A stretch of 64,000 nucleotides of DNA, from positions 33,315 to 97,314 of the forward strand of contig JAJDCJ010000012.1 of assembly GCA_029260935.1 (NCBI GenBank). The letters are read 5' to 3'. Each line of letters opens with the position of its first letter. Positions within the stretch are counted from its first letter, which is position 1. This stretch comes from Patescibacteria group bacterium (lineage in GTDB: Bacteria; Patescibacteriota; Minisyncoccia; Phycocordibacterales; Phycocordibacteraceae). This document shows positions 26,256 to 37,091 of the stretch, piece by piece. Position numbers and translations under genes: made by a program. The notes under the pieces are model-generated. The model made no database searches. It was not told where the DNA came from and worked only from the letters and a program-made list of their open reading frames with translations.

Positions 26256-27674
26256 TTAGTTCTTATTTTCATTCATAAGGTCGCGCGCAATGGCAAACAG
26301 TGCTTTTTCTGAGTTTTTTGGAGACATAAACTGAATACCAACGGGAAGTAATACTCCGTCTTTTTCTACGGTGCCATACGGCACTGAGAGCGCTGGATCA
26401 CCAGTGAGGTTTGCAGATACCGTAAAAATATCTTCTAAGTAAAGCGAGAGTGGGTCTAATTTCTCTCCTAGTTTGAACGCGGGACCAGGCGCAGTGGGAG
26501 TTGCGACAAAAGAGACGTTTTCAAACACTGCATCAAATTCCTTAACAAGTGCAGCACGAAGTGCGATAGCTCGTTTATAATAGGCATCGGCATATCCTGA
26601 GGAGAGTACATGTGTACCCAAAACAACCCTTCGTCTTGTTTCTGCACCGAAACCTTTGGTTCGCGAAAGCGTGTAGTCCTGAAGAAGAGACTCTCCTTCA
26701 ACGTGAAGTCCGTAACGCATACCATCATACCTGGCAAGATTCGTTGAAACTTCAGCCGGCATAATAATATAGTAGGCAGCAAGCGCATGTGGTGCAGTAG
26801 GAAGGTCAATATCAACAATGTCATACCCCTGTGACGCCATCGTATTGAGCGCTCGCTCAAACTCAGCAACCGCATCAGGTTGTGCATCTTTTACAAAACT
26901 TCTTGGTACACCAATGCGTTTGTGTGTGTTCGGTGCTGGCCTCGCGGGTAATGTCGTACTATCGTTTTTATCAAGCCCACGTACAGTATCAAAAACAGTC
27001 TCAATATCATCTACCTTTCTAGCTAAAACACCGAGCTGGTCTAAAGAGGAACCCATTGCAACGAGTCCATAGCGCGAAATACCTCCATAGGTTGGTTTGA
27101 AACCATACACACCACATATGCTTGCCGGCTGACGTACTGAGCCCCCTGTGTCCGTACCAAGGGCAATAGGAGCAAGGTGTGCAGCAACTGAAGCGGCTGA
27201 ACCACCGGAAGAACCACCGGGTGAGCGCGTCGGATCAATTGGATGTTTAGTGGGTCCGAACGCTGAATTTTCAGTACTTGAGCCCATTGCAAACTCGTCC
27301 ATATTGGTGCGCCCTAAGAAAACTGCATTCGCGCCCTTGAGACGCTCAACAACAGTAGCGTCATACGTTGCCGTATGATTCTCTAAAATTTTTGATGCAG
27401 CACTCGCGGTTTTTCCTTTAATTAAAATGTTATCCTTGGTGGCGATAGGAACGCCGGTGAGTGGATGGGTGCTTTCAGGAGATGTTTGAAACAGTTCATC
27501 TGCTTTTTTTGCAGAAGCAACAGCGTCCGAAAATGCTTCTAAATAAATATTGAGCGCGCTGTTTTCTTTGTCTATTTTTTTTAAATAAGCTTCAGTCACT
27601 TCAACTGCAGAAAATTTCTTTTCCCTATATCCACGTGCAAGCTCTCCTGCTGAATATGTAGTCAACTCATCCAT
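26256..27674 (-). CDS. gatA: Glu-tRNA(Gln)/Asp-tRNA(Asn) amidotransferase subunit A
   Basis: Amidase signature GGSSGGSAASVAA; adjacent to gatC. Confidence 0.9.
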   Translation of the reverse strand: MDELTTYSAGELARGYREKKFSAVEVTEAYLKKIDKENSALNIYLEAFSDAVASAKKADELFQTSPESTHPLTGVPIATKDNILIKGKTASAASKILENHTATYDATVVERLKGANAVFLGRTNMDEFAMGSSTENSAFGPTKHPIDPTRSPGGSSGGSAASVAAHLAPIALGTDTGGSVRQPASICGVYGFKPTYGGISRYGLVAMGSSLDQLGVLARKVDDIETVFDTVRGLDKNDSTTLPARPAPNTHKRIGVPRSFVKDAQPDAVAEFERALNTMASQGYDIVDIDLPTAPHALAAYYIIMPAEVSTNLARYDGMRYGLHVEGESLLQDYTLSRTKGFGAETRRRVVLGTHVLSSGYADAYYKRAIALRAALVKEFDAVFENVSFVATPTAPGPAFKLGEKLDPLSLYLEDIFTVSANLTGDPALSVPYGTVEKDGVLLPVGIQFMSPKNSEKALFAIARDLMNENKN

Positions 27675-27676
27675 AC

Positions 27677-27970
27677 TTATCCAAGAATTTTTTTAACCGT
27701 TACAAAACGACCGTCGCGAGATGGCGCTTGCGCAAGTAACTCATCGGTAAAAGCGTCTGCCTCATAAGGATCTTCGTCTTCCCGAAAGACATTCACAACG
27801 TCCAGGTGCGGTGACTGATTGTCAGAATCGCTCAACTCAATTTTCTGTACCACATCAACGTAGGCGAGAATATTCTCAATATCCTCCTGCATTTTCTCAA
27901 GCTCAGTTTCAGTAAGCTCAATCCGAGAAAGTTCCGCGAGTTTTTTTACGTGATCTTTAGAAACGGCCAT
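27677..27970 (-). CDS. gatC: amidotransferase subunit C
   Basis: 97 aa, VKKLAELSRIELTETELEK. Confidence 0.8.
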   Translation of the reverse strand: MAVSKDHVKKLAELSRIELTETELEKMQEDIENILAYVDVVQKIELSDSDNQSPHLDVVNVFREDEDPYEADAFTDELLAQAPSRDGRFVTVKKILG

Positions 27971-28005
27971 ATAGAAGGCATCATAGCAAGATTAGACGAT
28001 TGGTT

Positions 28006-30054
<2,049 letters not shown>

Positions 30055-30089
30055 TCAAAGTCAAACATCACCGAGCCCCGAGGGAACTC

Positions 30090-30680
30090 TTAAAACTGTA
30101 CACGAATGGCACGCTCAATACGGCGGGGGTTTGTGGTAACACATGTATTATGACCTGAGGAAACTACAGTGGTGCGTGTTGGATTTTCAGTTCTCTTCAC
30201 TTCAACATTTGAACACGCCTCTGATATAGCGTTCCCGAGTGAAAAAGAGAACGTAGTGGTATACGTTTGTGAAACCGGTTCAAATACACGAGTCAAAGGA
30301 ACAGTACTGCTTGGTAAGTCTCCGGTGCCACACGCTATTTCGGTTAACGGTGATGAGGTAGAGAAAGCATCTTGTTTACTATCCCAATAAAGGGCGCACT
30401 CTATTCCTGAGTCGGCTGCATAAAATGCAAACTGCGACTCCCTTCCTGATGAGGAAAGAATGACGTCTTTCACCGCGATATTAAAAATTGCGAAGCCAAG
30501 CGCCAGCAGTACGCTGGAAATCAAAACCGAGAGTAATAATGTGAACCCACGCAGTGGTTTTGTAGTGTGAGCGCTCAGTAGTAATGAGCGGTCAGTTTTT
30601 TCCTGACTGCTGAGCGCTGGATACTGATTGCTCATTGCTGATTGCTCATTGCTGATTGTTAGTTTTTTTATCATAGCCAA
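30090..30680 (-). CDS. pseudopilin / minor type IV pilin with long N-terminal leader
   Basis: Prepilin motif RG|FTLLLSVLISS; the leader contains SNEQSAMSNQ...KTDRSLL. Confidence 0.6.
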   Translation of the reverse strand: MAMIKKLTISNEQSAMSNQYPALSSQEKTDRSLLLSAHTTKPLRGFTLLLSVLISSVLLALGFAIFNIAVKDVILSSSGRESQFAFYAADSGIECALYWDSKQDAFSTSSPLTEIACGTGDLPSSTVPLTRVFEPVSQTYTTTFSFSLGNAISEACSNVEVKRTENPTRTTVVSSGHNTCVTTNPRRIERAIRVQF

Positions 30681-31270
30681 TCAAAAAGTTGTTCTCTTAC
30701 TTCAAACGAGCGCTCTAGACGTCCACTTTGCCAAGAGACCGTAACGCTCACCGTCACTTCGTCAGGGTTCAATGTAGACGGATCAACACGAAGGGTACGG
30801 GTATATATACTTGGAATGCCGGCAACTAAATTAAAAAACCCTGTAGTTTCTCCTATTAAGACAGTTGGACATTGTCCCGAACATGATTGATGAGAGAAGT
30901 TTGGAAAATCAATAGCACAATCCAAGCCAACACACTCTGAAAGTCCATTGAGCCACCCACTTCCTACAAGATAATTTTGATCACGGACTGCACGCACATA
31001 CTCCACTGCTTCTTGCGCAAGATAAAATGCTGTAATTTGATCGCGTGCATAGAACGCAGACTGAAGTGATTGCGATGCAATTGAAAGTGGGCCTGCAAGT
31101 GAGACAAGAAGCACTGAAATTGCAACGAGAGTTTCAATCAACGTAAAACCACCTCGCAACTTCACACGATGAATAGTGAACAGCGAGCGGTCAGTTTTCT
31201 GCTGATTGCTGAGCGCTGATTGCTCATTGCTGTTTACTGTTTGCTGGATGCTGGATGCTATTTTCATCAT
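30671..31270 (-). CDS. pseudopilin / minor type IV pilin
   Basis: GG|FTLIETLVAISV; same conserved leader; possible GTG or TTG start just before KLRGG. Confidence 0.6.
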   Translation of the reverse strand: MMKIASSIQQTVNSNEQSALSNQQKTDRSLFTIHRVKLRGGFTLIETLVAISVLLVSLAGPLSIASQSLQSAFYARDQITAFYLAQEAVEYVRAVRDQNYLVGSGWLNGLSECVGLDCAIDFPNFSHQSCSGQCPTVLIGETTGFFNLVAGIPSIYTRTLRVDPSTLNPDEVTVSVTVSWQSGRLERSFEVREQLFDWL

Positions 31271-31929
31271 ATATCAATTATACGTTGCGTAACGGATGCC
31301 TGAACAGAGAAATTTGTAGTTCCTCCAGGAACAGGGGCCGACCCTTGTATTTTCATTAACACGCGCGGTTGAATAGAATCGCCTTTCACTGCACCCACCA
31401 CAAAAAACTCAAAAGAATCAATAGAGACTTCGGGTGCCGTGAGTGCAACCCACGAACCGTTAATGCCTGCCTGTACGGAGCGCTCAAGTTGTGTACCGTT
31501 AATGCGATAAACGATCTGATCATTGACGTCTGCAGTCTCTCCATTTGCCGCTTCAAAGGCAAATAACTGTCCACCACCAACCGGACAGTCCTGTGGGGTG
31601 CTGAGCTGGCCAGGGAAAGGTGCGGCTGATGAGATACGGCAATGATACGTAGTCCCGACGCGAATAGACCGCGACATACCTTCAAGCGCTGCATTCATAT
31701 TATTTACCACTGAGTTGATGGCCTGCGCCCGGCGGTTTGCGTCAATAAGTGACAAAAGTGCGCCTACCCCAATAAGCATAACCACTGAGAACAGCGTCAC
31801 CGCAACCATCATTTCAATCAATGTGAAGCCGGCTCTGGGCTTCATGCGGTGAGCAGTGAGCAGTGAGCGATCAGTTTTCTGCTGATTGCTGATTGCTGGA
31901 TGCTGGATGCTGATTGCTGTTTTACTCAT
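31267..31929 (-). CDS. pseudopilin / minor type IV pilin
   Basis: AG|FTLIEMMVAVTLF; an internal MKPRAG would give a conventional short leader. Confidence 0.6.
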   Translation of the reverse strand: MSKTAISIQHPAISNQQKTDRSLLTAHRMKPRAGFTLIEMMVAVTLFSVVMLIGVGALLSLIDANRRAQAINSVVNNMNAALEGMSRSIRVGTTYHCRISSAAPFPGQLSTPQDCPVGGGQLFAFEAANGETADVNDQIVYRINGTQLERSVQAGINGSWVALTAPEVSIDSFEFFVVGAVKGDSIQPRVLMKIQGSAPVPGGTTNFSVQASVTQRIIDI

Positions 31930-32516
31930 AGGTTTTGTACGGAAATCTGCCCTGTTGAAGCAATGTTAATAGTGCGTGTTTCTCCTCCCTGGGAAGCAAC
32001 AGTGATAATGCCACGCGAGTAAATACCTGGTTCATTTGAACTTATAAGAGCATCAGGGTTTGGACGAAGGAACACTACATCAAGGTGACTAATAGGAGTG
32101 CTTGAGTTAGAGCATCGCTCAGTGCCACCTACGGTGACTCCACAGAAGCTCTGTATGGTATGTCCACGACTTAAAGAGAACGTATCTATGACCGCATCAG
32201 TGCCAACATCATATGTTTGGTTTGTATTAGTGTCCACGAAAAAAAGGTATGTACTGTTTGGAAGAAAACGCACCCCATAGCCGACTTGAAAATTATCTGA
32301 GAATTGCCGTACCGAAAGACCAAACACCTGTGCCTCACGAACCGAGAGTGCAATATCGTAGGCGAGCGAACCAAGGAGCACTGAGCTATTAAATTTATTA
32401 TTGTTCGCCAAAACAACCGTTGATATAAATGCAAAAATACTTACCGCAACGATAAGCTCTATAAGAGAAAAACCTCGTGACTGTTTAGTTAAGACATTCA
32501 TATGGCGAGCGCCCAC
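31926..32516 (-). CDS. pseudopilin / minor type IV pilin
   Basis: RG|FSLIELIVAVSIFAF. Confidence 0.6.
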   Translation of the reverse strand: MGARHMNVLTKQSRGFSLIELIVAVSIFAFISTVVLANNNKFNSSVLLGSLAYDIALSVREAQVFGLSVRQFSDNFQVGYGVRFLPNSTYLFFVDTNTNQTYDVGTDAVIDTFSLSRGHTIQSFCGVTVGGTERCSNSSTPISHLDVVFLRPNPDALISSNEPGIYSRGIITVASQGGETRTINIASTGQISVQNL

Positions 32517-33409
32517 TGCGCAATAATAAAAGGAGAAATAGTGGTAAACATGCCGACTAAGGCTGCTATAAACAGAAAGGGCACGAATGCTATTTCACTC
32601 TTCATCTTAAACCAGAAATTGCCTTCTGTTTGAGAAACACCTCGCCTGTGTGGTGATAAAGAAAATACCATTTTTCTAATGAAAAACGCTATCCGCGGTG
32701 CAAGGATAAGAGACACTCCAATAAGTGCCCCTATCCAAAAAGCAATTGTTATCACTTCAATACCGCGCCCCACTCCAAACAACACACCGAGGGCACTTGC
32801 GATATAAATATCCCCCACTCCCATTCCTTTTCCATGGGAAAGAAACACAATTGCAGTAAAAAACCCACCCAACACAAGCGCGCCCAAAAATGCATCAAGA
32901 AGTGGTGTAACACTGTTCATTGAAAAAGCTTCAAACACACGGACCAGAATAACTGAACCCAACACTACCCACGCAAACAAAGACGGCACCAATGTGTGGC
33001 GTATGTCGTACACCACTAATACAAGAAAACTTGACCAAAACACCAGGAGTACAACAAAAGAAAAGAGATGCCATATCGAGATAAAAGGAAACGCACCATA
33101 TGCAACACCAAGGAACAGTAATCCTGTTGCGAGTTCAACTAATGGGTACTGCAAGGAAAGTCGGCTCCCGCAGTAACGACATGTCCCCAAAAGGAAAAAG
33201 TACGAAAGTAGCGGAATGAGTTCATACCACACAAGCGTGTGCTGACATGACTGACACTGCGAGCGGGGTCTTTTTGACTCATAAAATCCAAAGCGAAAAA
33301 TAACAACATTGAGAAAACTCCCTACAATGAGACCTAACAAAAACATGCTTATTAAAAATATATCCATAACGGTTTCTCCATTGAGTATGCCATATAAAAA
33401 AACCGACAT
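32498..33409 (-). CDS. pilD: prepilin peptidase PilD (likely start at MDIFLIS, about 33367)
   Basis: Zinc-finger cysteines CQSC...CRYC, DIRHTLVP and multiple TM segments. Confidence 0.8.
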   Translation of the reverse strand: MSVFLYGILNGETVMDIFLISMFLLGLIVGSFLNVVIFRFGFYESKRPRSQCQSCQHTLVWYELIPLLSYFFLLGTCRYCGSRLSLQYPLVELATGLLFLGVAYGAFPFISIWHLFSFVVLLVFWSSFLVLVVYDIRHTLVPSLFAWVVLGSVILVRVFEAFSMNSVTPLLDAFLGALVLGGFFTAIVFLSHGKGMGVGDIYIASALGVLFGVGRGIEVITIAFWIGALIGVSLILAPRIAFFIRKMVFSLSPHRRGVSQTEGNFWFKMKSEIAFVPFLFIAALVGMFTTISPFIIAQWALAI

Positions 33410-33424
33410 GTGTCGGTTTTTTTA
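33396..33424 (-). terminator. hairpin AAAAAAACCGACATGTGTCGGTTTTTTT 25 nt after the pilA stop
   Basis: Perfect stem with flanking A and T runs; overlaps the first candidate pilD ATG. Confidence 0.65.
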
Positions 33425-33448
33425 TTAACTAAAATATCTTTAGTTATA

Positions 33449-33916
33449 CTACGGAGAAATGTCGTAGATTGCATCAGTACTTACACTGGTGAAATCAGCG
33501 GCGCTACCGGTACAAATGTTAAGAGTAGCAGCATCGTCATTGTCAGCACCAAGTGCTTGATGAGTTGTGTTCTCGAGCGTTGCACCAATGTGGTAGCTCG
33601 TACATACTGTAGCTCCAACTGAAGTGCCAATACCTGCATATGAGTAGGTCTCACCAGATAACGGTCCTGTGGGAACAACAGCAAGGAACCCTCCAGTTGA
33701 AAGAGGAGTGAGTGTTGGCGGGTAAGACCCGTTTGAATCAAAGTACAACTCTAGTGCTAACTGAACCTGACGAATATCTGCAATTCGTTTCGCGTCACGT
33801 GATTTCTGACGAGCATCGTTTAGAGACGCAAGCACCACTGACGAAAGAATACCGATGATCGCAATAACGACGAGAAGTTCAATCAACGTAAAGCCTCGCA
33901 TTGAGCGTTTGAACAT
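33449..33916 (-). CDS. pilA: major type IV pilin PilA
   Basis: MFKRSMRG|FTLIELLVVIAIIGIL class III signal plus N-methyl-Phe motif. Confidence 0.85.
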   Translation of the reverse strand: MFKRSMRGFTLIELLVVIAIIGILSSVVLASLNDARQKSRDAKRIADIRQVQLALELYFDSNGSYPPTLTPLSTGGFLAVVPTGPLSGETYSYAGIGTSVGATVCTSYHIGATLENTTHQALGADNDDAATLNICTGSAADFTSVSTDAIYDISP

Positions 33917-34018
33917 AAATGTTACTTGTTGTAATCAGTTAATAAAGACCGTTTTCTAAATTCAAGGTCCTCTCCATTGTAACGAGAGTATTTGCCTATC
34001 GCCAAGGGTGATGTGGAT

Positions 34019-34255
34019 AAGAGACGCTCCGTAATACGGGTATTTTGGAGAGCGCTCCGGGCCGCGAGATTAAGTCTTACTCTCCAAAATACCCGTATTA
34101 CTTCGCTGAGGTTGAGGAACCGAACGCTTACCCAAGTCTTACGCTCTCAAATACTCATTTTGCTCCGCTAAAGTATAAGAACCAGGGCCGCGAGATTAAG
34201 TCTTACGCTCCAAAATACCCGTATTACTTCGCTGAGGTTGAGGAACCGAACGCTA
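34019..34255. repeat. pilA upstream region: 22-nt inverted repeat plus two copies of a 72-nt direct repeat (period 132)
   Basis: GGCCGCGAGATTAAGTCTTAC...GAACCGAACGCT at 34052-34124 and 34184-34255; GTAATACGGGTATTTTGGAGAG is inverted against CTCTCCAAAATACCCGTATTAC. Confidence 0.8.
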
Positions 34256-34300
34256 GGCAAAGTCTAAGTCTGCAACAGTACCGTTTTACTGAGCGACCTT

Positions 34301-35503
34301 TTAAATTGCCGAGGAAATATTATAAATAGGAATCAACACTGAAGCCAGAAGCACACCAACCCCTAAACCAAGCGACACAATCATAAGCGGTTCAATCAGG
34401 TCAACGAGAGTATCAACTGCGTTATTCACTTCGCGACTATAGAAACGAGAGAGAGTCTTTAAAATACTACCGAGCTCTCCTGTTTCCTCTCCTACCTTTA
34501 TCATCGCAGTAACTATGCCAGGTATCTCTTCATATTTACTCAACGCTTCTGAAATAGATCCACCACCCTTAACGGCAGTTGATGTTTCGTTCAAGATTTT
34601 TGCGTATACCTCGTTTCCCACAACGGTTGCCGTTATTTCAGTTGCCTGAAGCACTGAGATACCACTGCCAAGCATAGTTGATAGGTTGTCAGAAATTCGT
34701 GAGAGATATAGTTTTTTATATAACGACCCGACATAGGGAATAGAGAGTTGTATCCTATCAAATTGCGCCTTTCCTTTTCCAGTAAGCGCGTACTGAACAA
34801 GAAAATATCCACCGACGACAATTAAAATAAGCAGGAAGACTCCGTAGTTAACGAAAAAAGCAGATAAGCTCACCACAATTTGAGTATAAAAAGGAATCTC
34901 CTGCCCTGAATCAATCAAAATAGTTGAAATGCGAGGAATGACCATCGTCATCATTAAAATCATAACGATAACAAATGTGGAGATAACGAACGCAGGATAA
35001 ATCAAAGCATTCCGTGCTTTTGAAACAATGTCATAGGTTCTGTCCAAGTAGTCAGCAAGGAACAAAAAAGTCTCATCAAGTTTTCCTGACTCCTCACCGG
35101 CGCGCACCATATTGACATAAAACGTAGAAAAGACTTTTGGATGTTTTGAAAGTGACTTGGAAATAGGGCTTCCGGCCTGTAGCTCGTCGGCGACTTCAGT
35201 GAGCACTCTTTGTAACATAGGACCTTCCGACTCTGATGCCAGTAGTCTGAAAATACGAAGCGCTGAAACTTGTGCTTCAAACAATGTCGCAATTTGTCGA
35301 CTGAGAAGCACCACGTCTTTGTTTGACACTGATTCAAACAACGTAATGTTGAGTCCTCCCCTTTTTGTTTGCGTTGGCTCAACGTTCGTTATTGAAAAAC
35401 CTCGGCGCTGTAATGAACTGATGGCAACGTCACGCGACACTGCATCAATAGTGCCTGATTGTTTTGCGCCATTTTCATCAAGTGCTTCGTAGGAAAATAA
35501 CAT
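34301..35503 (-). CDS. pilC: type IV pilus platform protein PilC (GspF family)
   Basis: Two GspF-type repeats, three TM segments, 400 aa. Confidence 0.85.
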   Translation of the reverse strand: MLFSYEALDENGAKQSGTIDAVSRDVAISSLQRRGFSITNVEPTQTKRGGLNITLFESVSNKDVVLLSRQIATLFEAQVSALRIFRLLASESEGPMLQRVLTEVADELQAGSPISKSLSKHPKVFSTFYVNMVRAGEESGKLDETFLFLADYLDRTYDIVSKARNALIYPAFVISTFVIVMILMMTMVIPRISTILIDSGQEIPFYTQIVVSLSAFFVNYGVFLLILIVVGGYFLVQYALTGKGKAQFDRIQLSIPYVGSLYKKLYLSRISDNLSTMLGSGISVLQATEITATVVGNEVYAKILNETSTAVKGGGSISEALSKYEEIPGIVTAMIKVGEETGELGSILKTLSRFYSREVNNAVDTLVDLIEPLMIVSLGLGVGVLLASVLIPIYNISSAI

Positions 35504-35506
35504 ACG

Positions 35507-36589
35507 CTAAATAAGACGAGAAAATGATTTTGGATTAAGTGAACGGGATAAGCCCATTTCAGGAGTAATATCACCTTTACGAACCAACTCGGCAAGAGAT
35601 CGGTTCATGTCAATCATACCGCTTTCCATTCCGGTCTCAATAACCGCATTAATTTCGTGCGTCCTTTTTTCACGGATGAGGTTTGCAATCGCTTCATTAT
35701 TTATAAGAAGCTCATACGCGGGAATGAGTCCACCTGAAATGCGCGGTATGAGTCGTTGCGAAAAGATACCCGCAAGAGACGCTGCTAATTGCAGGCGGAT
35801 TTGATCTTGCTGACCCGCTGGAAATGAGTCAATAATACGGTCAATGGTTTGTGCAGCGTTGTTGGTGTGTAGTGTTGAAAGAACCAAATGACCAGTTTCA
35901 GCGGCCGTCACCGCCGCACTCATGGTGTCAGGGCCACGCATCTCACCAACCATAATGACGTCAATGTCTTGCCTGAACGAAGACTTCAAGGCACTATGGA
36001 AACTTTTGGTATCAACGCGCACTTCACGCTGATTGATAATTGACTTCTTTGGGGTAAATAAATACTCAATAGGATCCTCAATAGTGACAATATGTTCAGT
36101 ACGGCTCTGATTAATACGCTCAATCATTGAAGCAAGTGTGGTTGATTTCCCCTGTCCCACCGGGCCTACGACGAGAAAGAACCCTTGCTCAAGATTAGCG
36201 AAAGTATCAAGAATACTGGGAAGATTAAGCTCCTCAAACGATTTAATGACACTCGGGATAGCGCGGAGCGCAATTGATATTGACCCCTTTTCAAAAAATG
36301 CGTTACCGCGAAAACGAGCTTGGTCTTTATACTGGAATGAAAAATCTAATTCCTGTGTATCTACAAAACTCTGCTTCTCCCCTGGAGTTACCAGCACCTC
36401 CAAAAGACCCATGATATCTTCGGCTGAATATTCTTGGCGCTTCACCAAAGGAATAAGAGAGCCCGATACACGGATAATAGGGTGTAGTTTGTCCGTGAGG
36501 TGTAAATCAGAGGCACCTTCTGCGATAACCGTTTCTATAAGAGAGTTTAATTCGTCAGAGTAATTCATAATTAAAAATTTGTGCCACAC
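35507..36589 (-). CDS. pilT: twitching-motility retraction ATPase PilT
   Basis: GPVGQGKSTT Walker A and the histidine-box region. Confidence 0.8.
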   Translation of the reverse strand: MWHKFLIMNYSDELNSLIETVIAEGASDLHLTDKLHPIIRVSGSLIPLVKRQEYSAEDIMGLLEVLVTPGEKQSFVDTQELDFSFQYKDQARFRGNAFFEKGSISIALRAIPSVIKSFEELNLPSILDTFANLEQGFFLVVGPVGQGKSTTLASMIERINQSRTEHIVTIEDPIEYLFTPKKSIINQREVRVDTKSFHSALKSSFRQDIDVIMVGEMRGPDTMSAAVTAAETGHLVLSTLHTNNAAQTIDRIIDSFPAGQQDQIRLQLAASLAGIFSQRLIPRISGGLIPAYELLINNEAIANLIREKRTHEINAVIETGMESGMIDMNRSLAELVRKGDITPEMGLSRSLNPKSFSRLI

Positions 36590-36679
36590 AGAACGTGTGC
36601 TACTAATTGTAAGTATACCCTCAAAAACAATCAGCAGTTGACCTCTGTGTGTATTACAAAATACCCGACACTCATTTTA

Positions 36680-37078
36680 TTATTTTTTAGCGGCAAGCTC
36701 AATTGTTTTTTCCAGAACCTCAGAAGGTATGGCACTTGCTTTTATGATGTAGCCAACAGCGCCAAGATCCATTGCTTTTTTTAAGTCCTCATCCTGTCCT
36801 TGGTTTGAAAGCACAATAAGTGTTGTTTTTTTTGCTAACTTTTCTTTTTTAATAGCCTCCATGAAATCAAACCCATCAAGGGTGGGCATAATGATATCCA
36901 AAAGGATAATGTCAGGATTAAAATCTTCGCGAAGTAGGCCAAGTGCTTTTGTAGAATCTGCCTCAGCGGTAATGTTAAAACCACGTTCCCTGAATTTTAG
37001 AGAGTAGATATCAAGAAGAAATCTATCATCATCAACGAGGAGTACGGAACGACCATCTTTTTGTTTTGAATCTGCCAT
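36680..37078 (-). CDS. single-domain response regulator (CheY/PilH-like)
   Basis: LLVDDD...D(54-like)...K receiver motifs, 132 aa. Confidence 0.75.
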   Translation of the reverse strand: MADSKQKDGRSVLLVDDDRFLLDIYSLKFRERGFNITAEADSTKALGLLREDFNPDIILLDIIMPTLDGFDFMEAIKKEKLAKKTTLIVLSNQGQDEDLKKAMDLGAVGYIIKASAIPSEVLEKTIELAAKK

Positions 37079-37091
37079 ACGTCTTTATATA

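Noticed and set aside
34045-34329. 94-aa ORF with an internal amino-acid repeat (GREIKSY.PKYPYYFAEVEEPNA twice)
   Set aside because: It is the translation of the 72-nt DNA direct repeat upstream of pilA. No independent coding signal was seen, so I treat it as non-coding.
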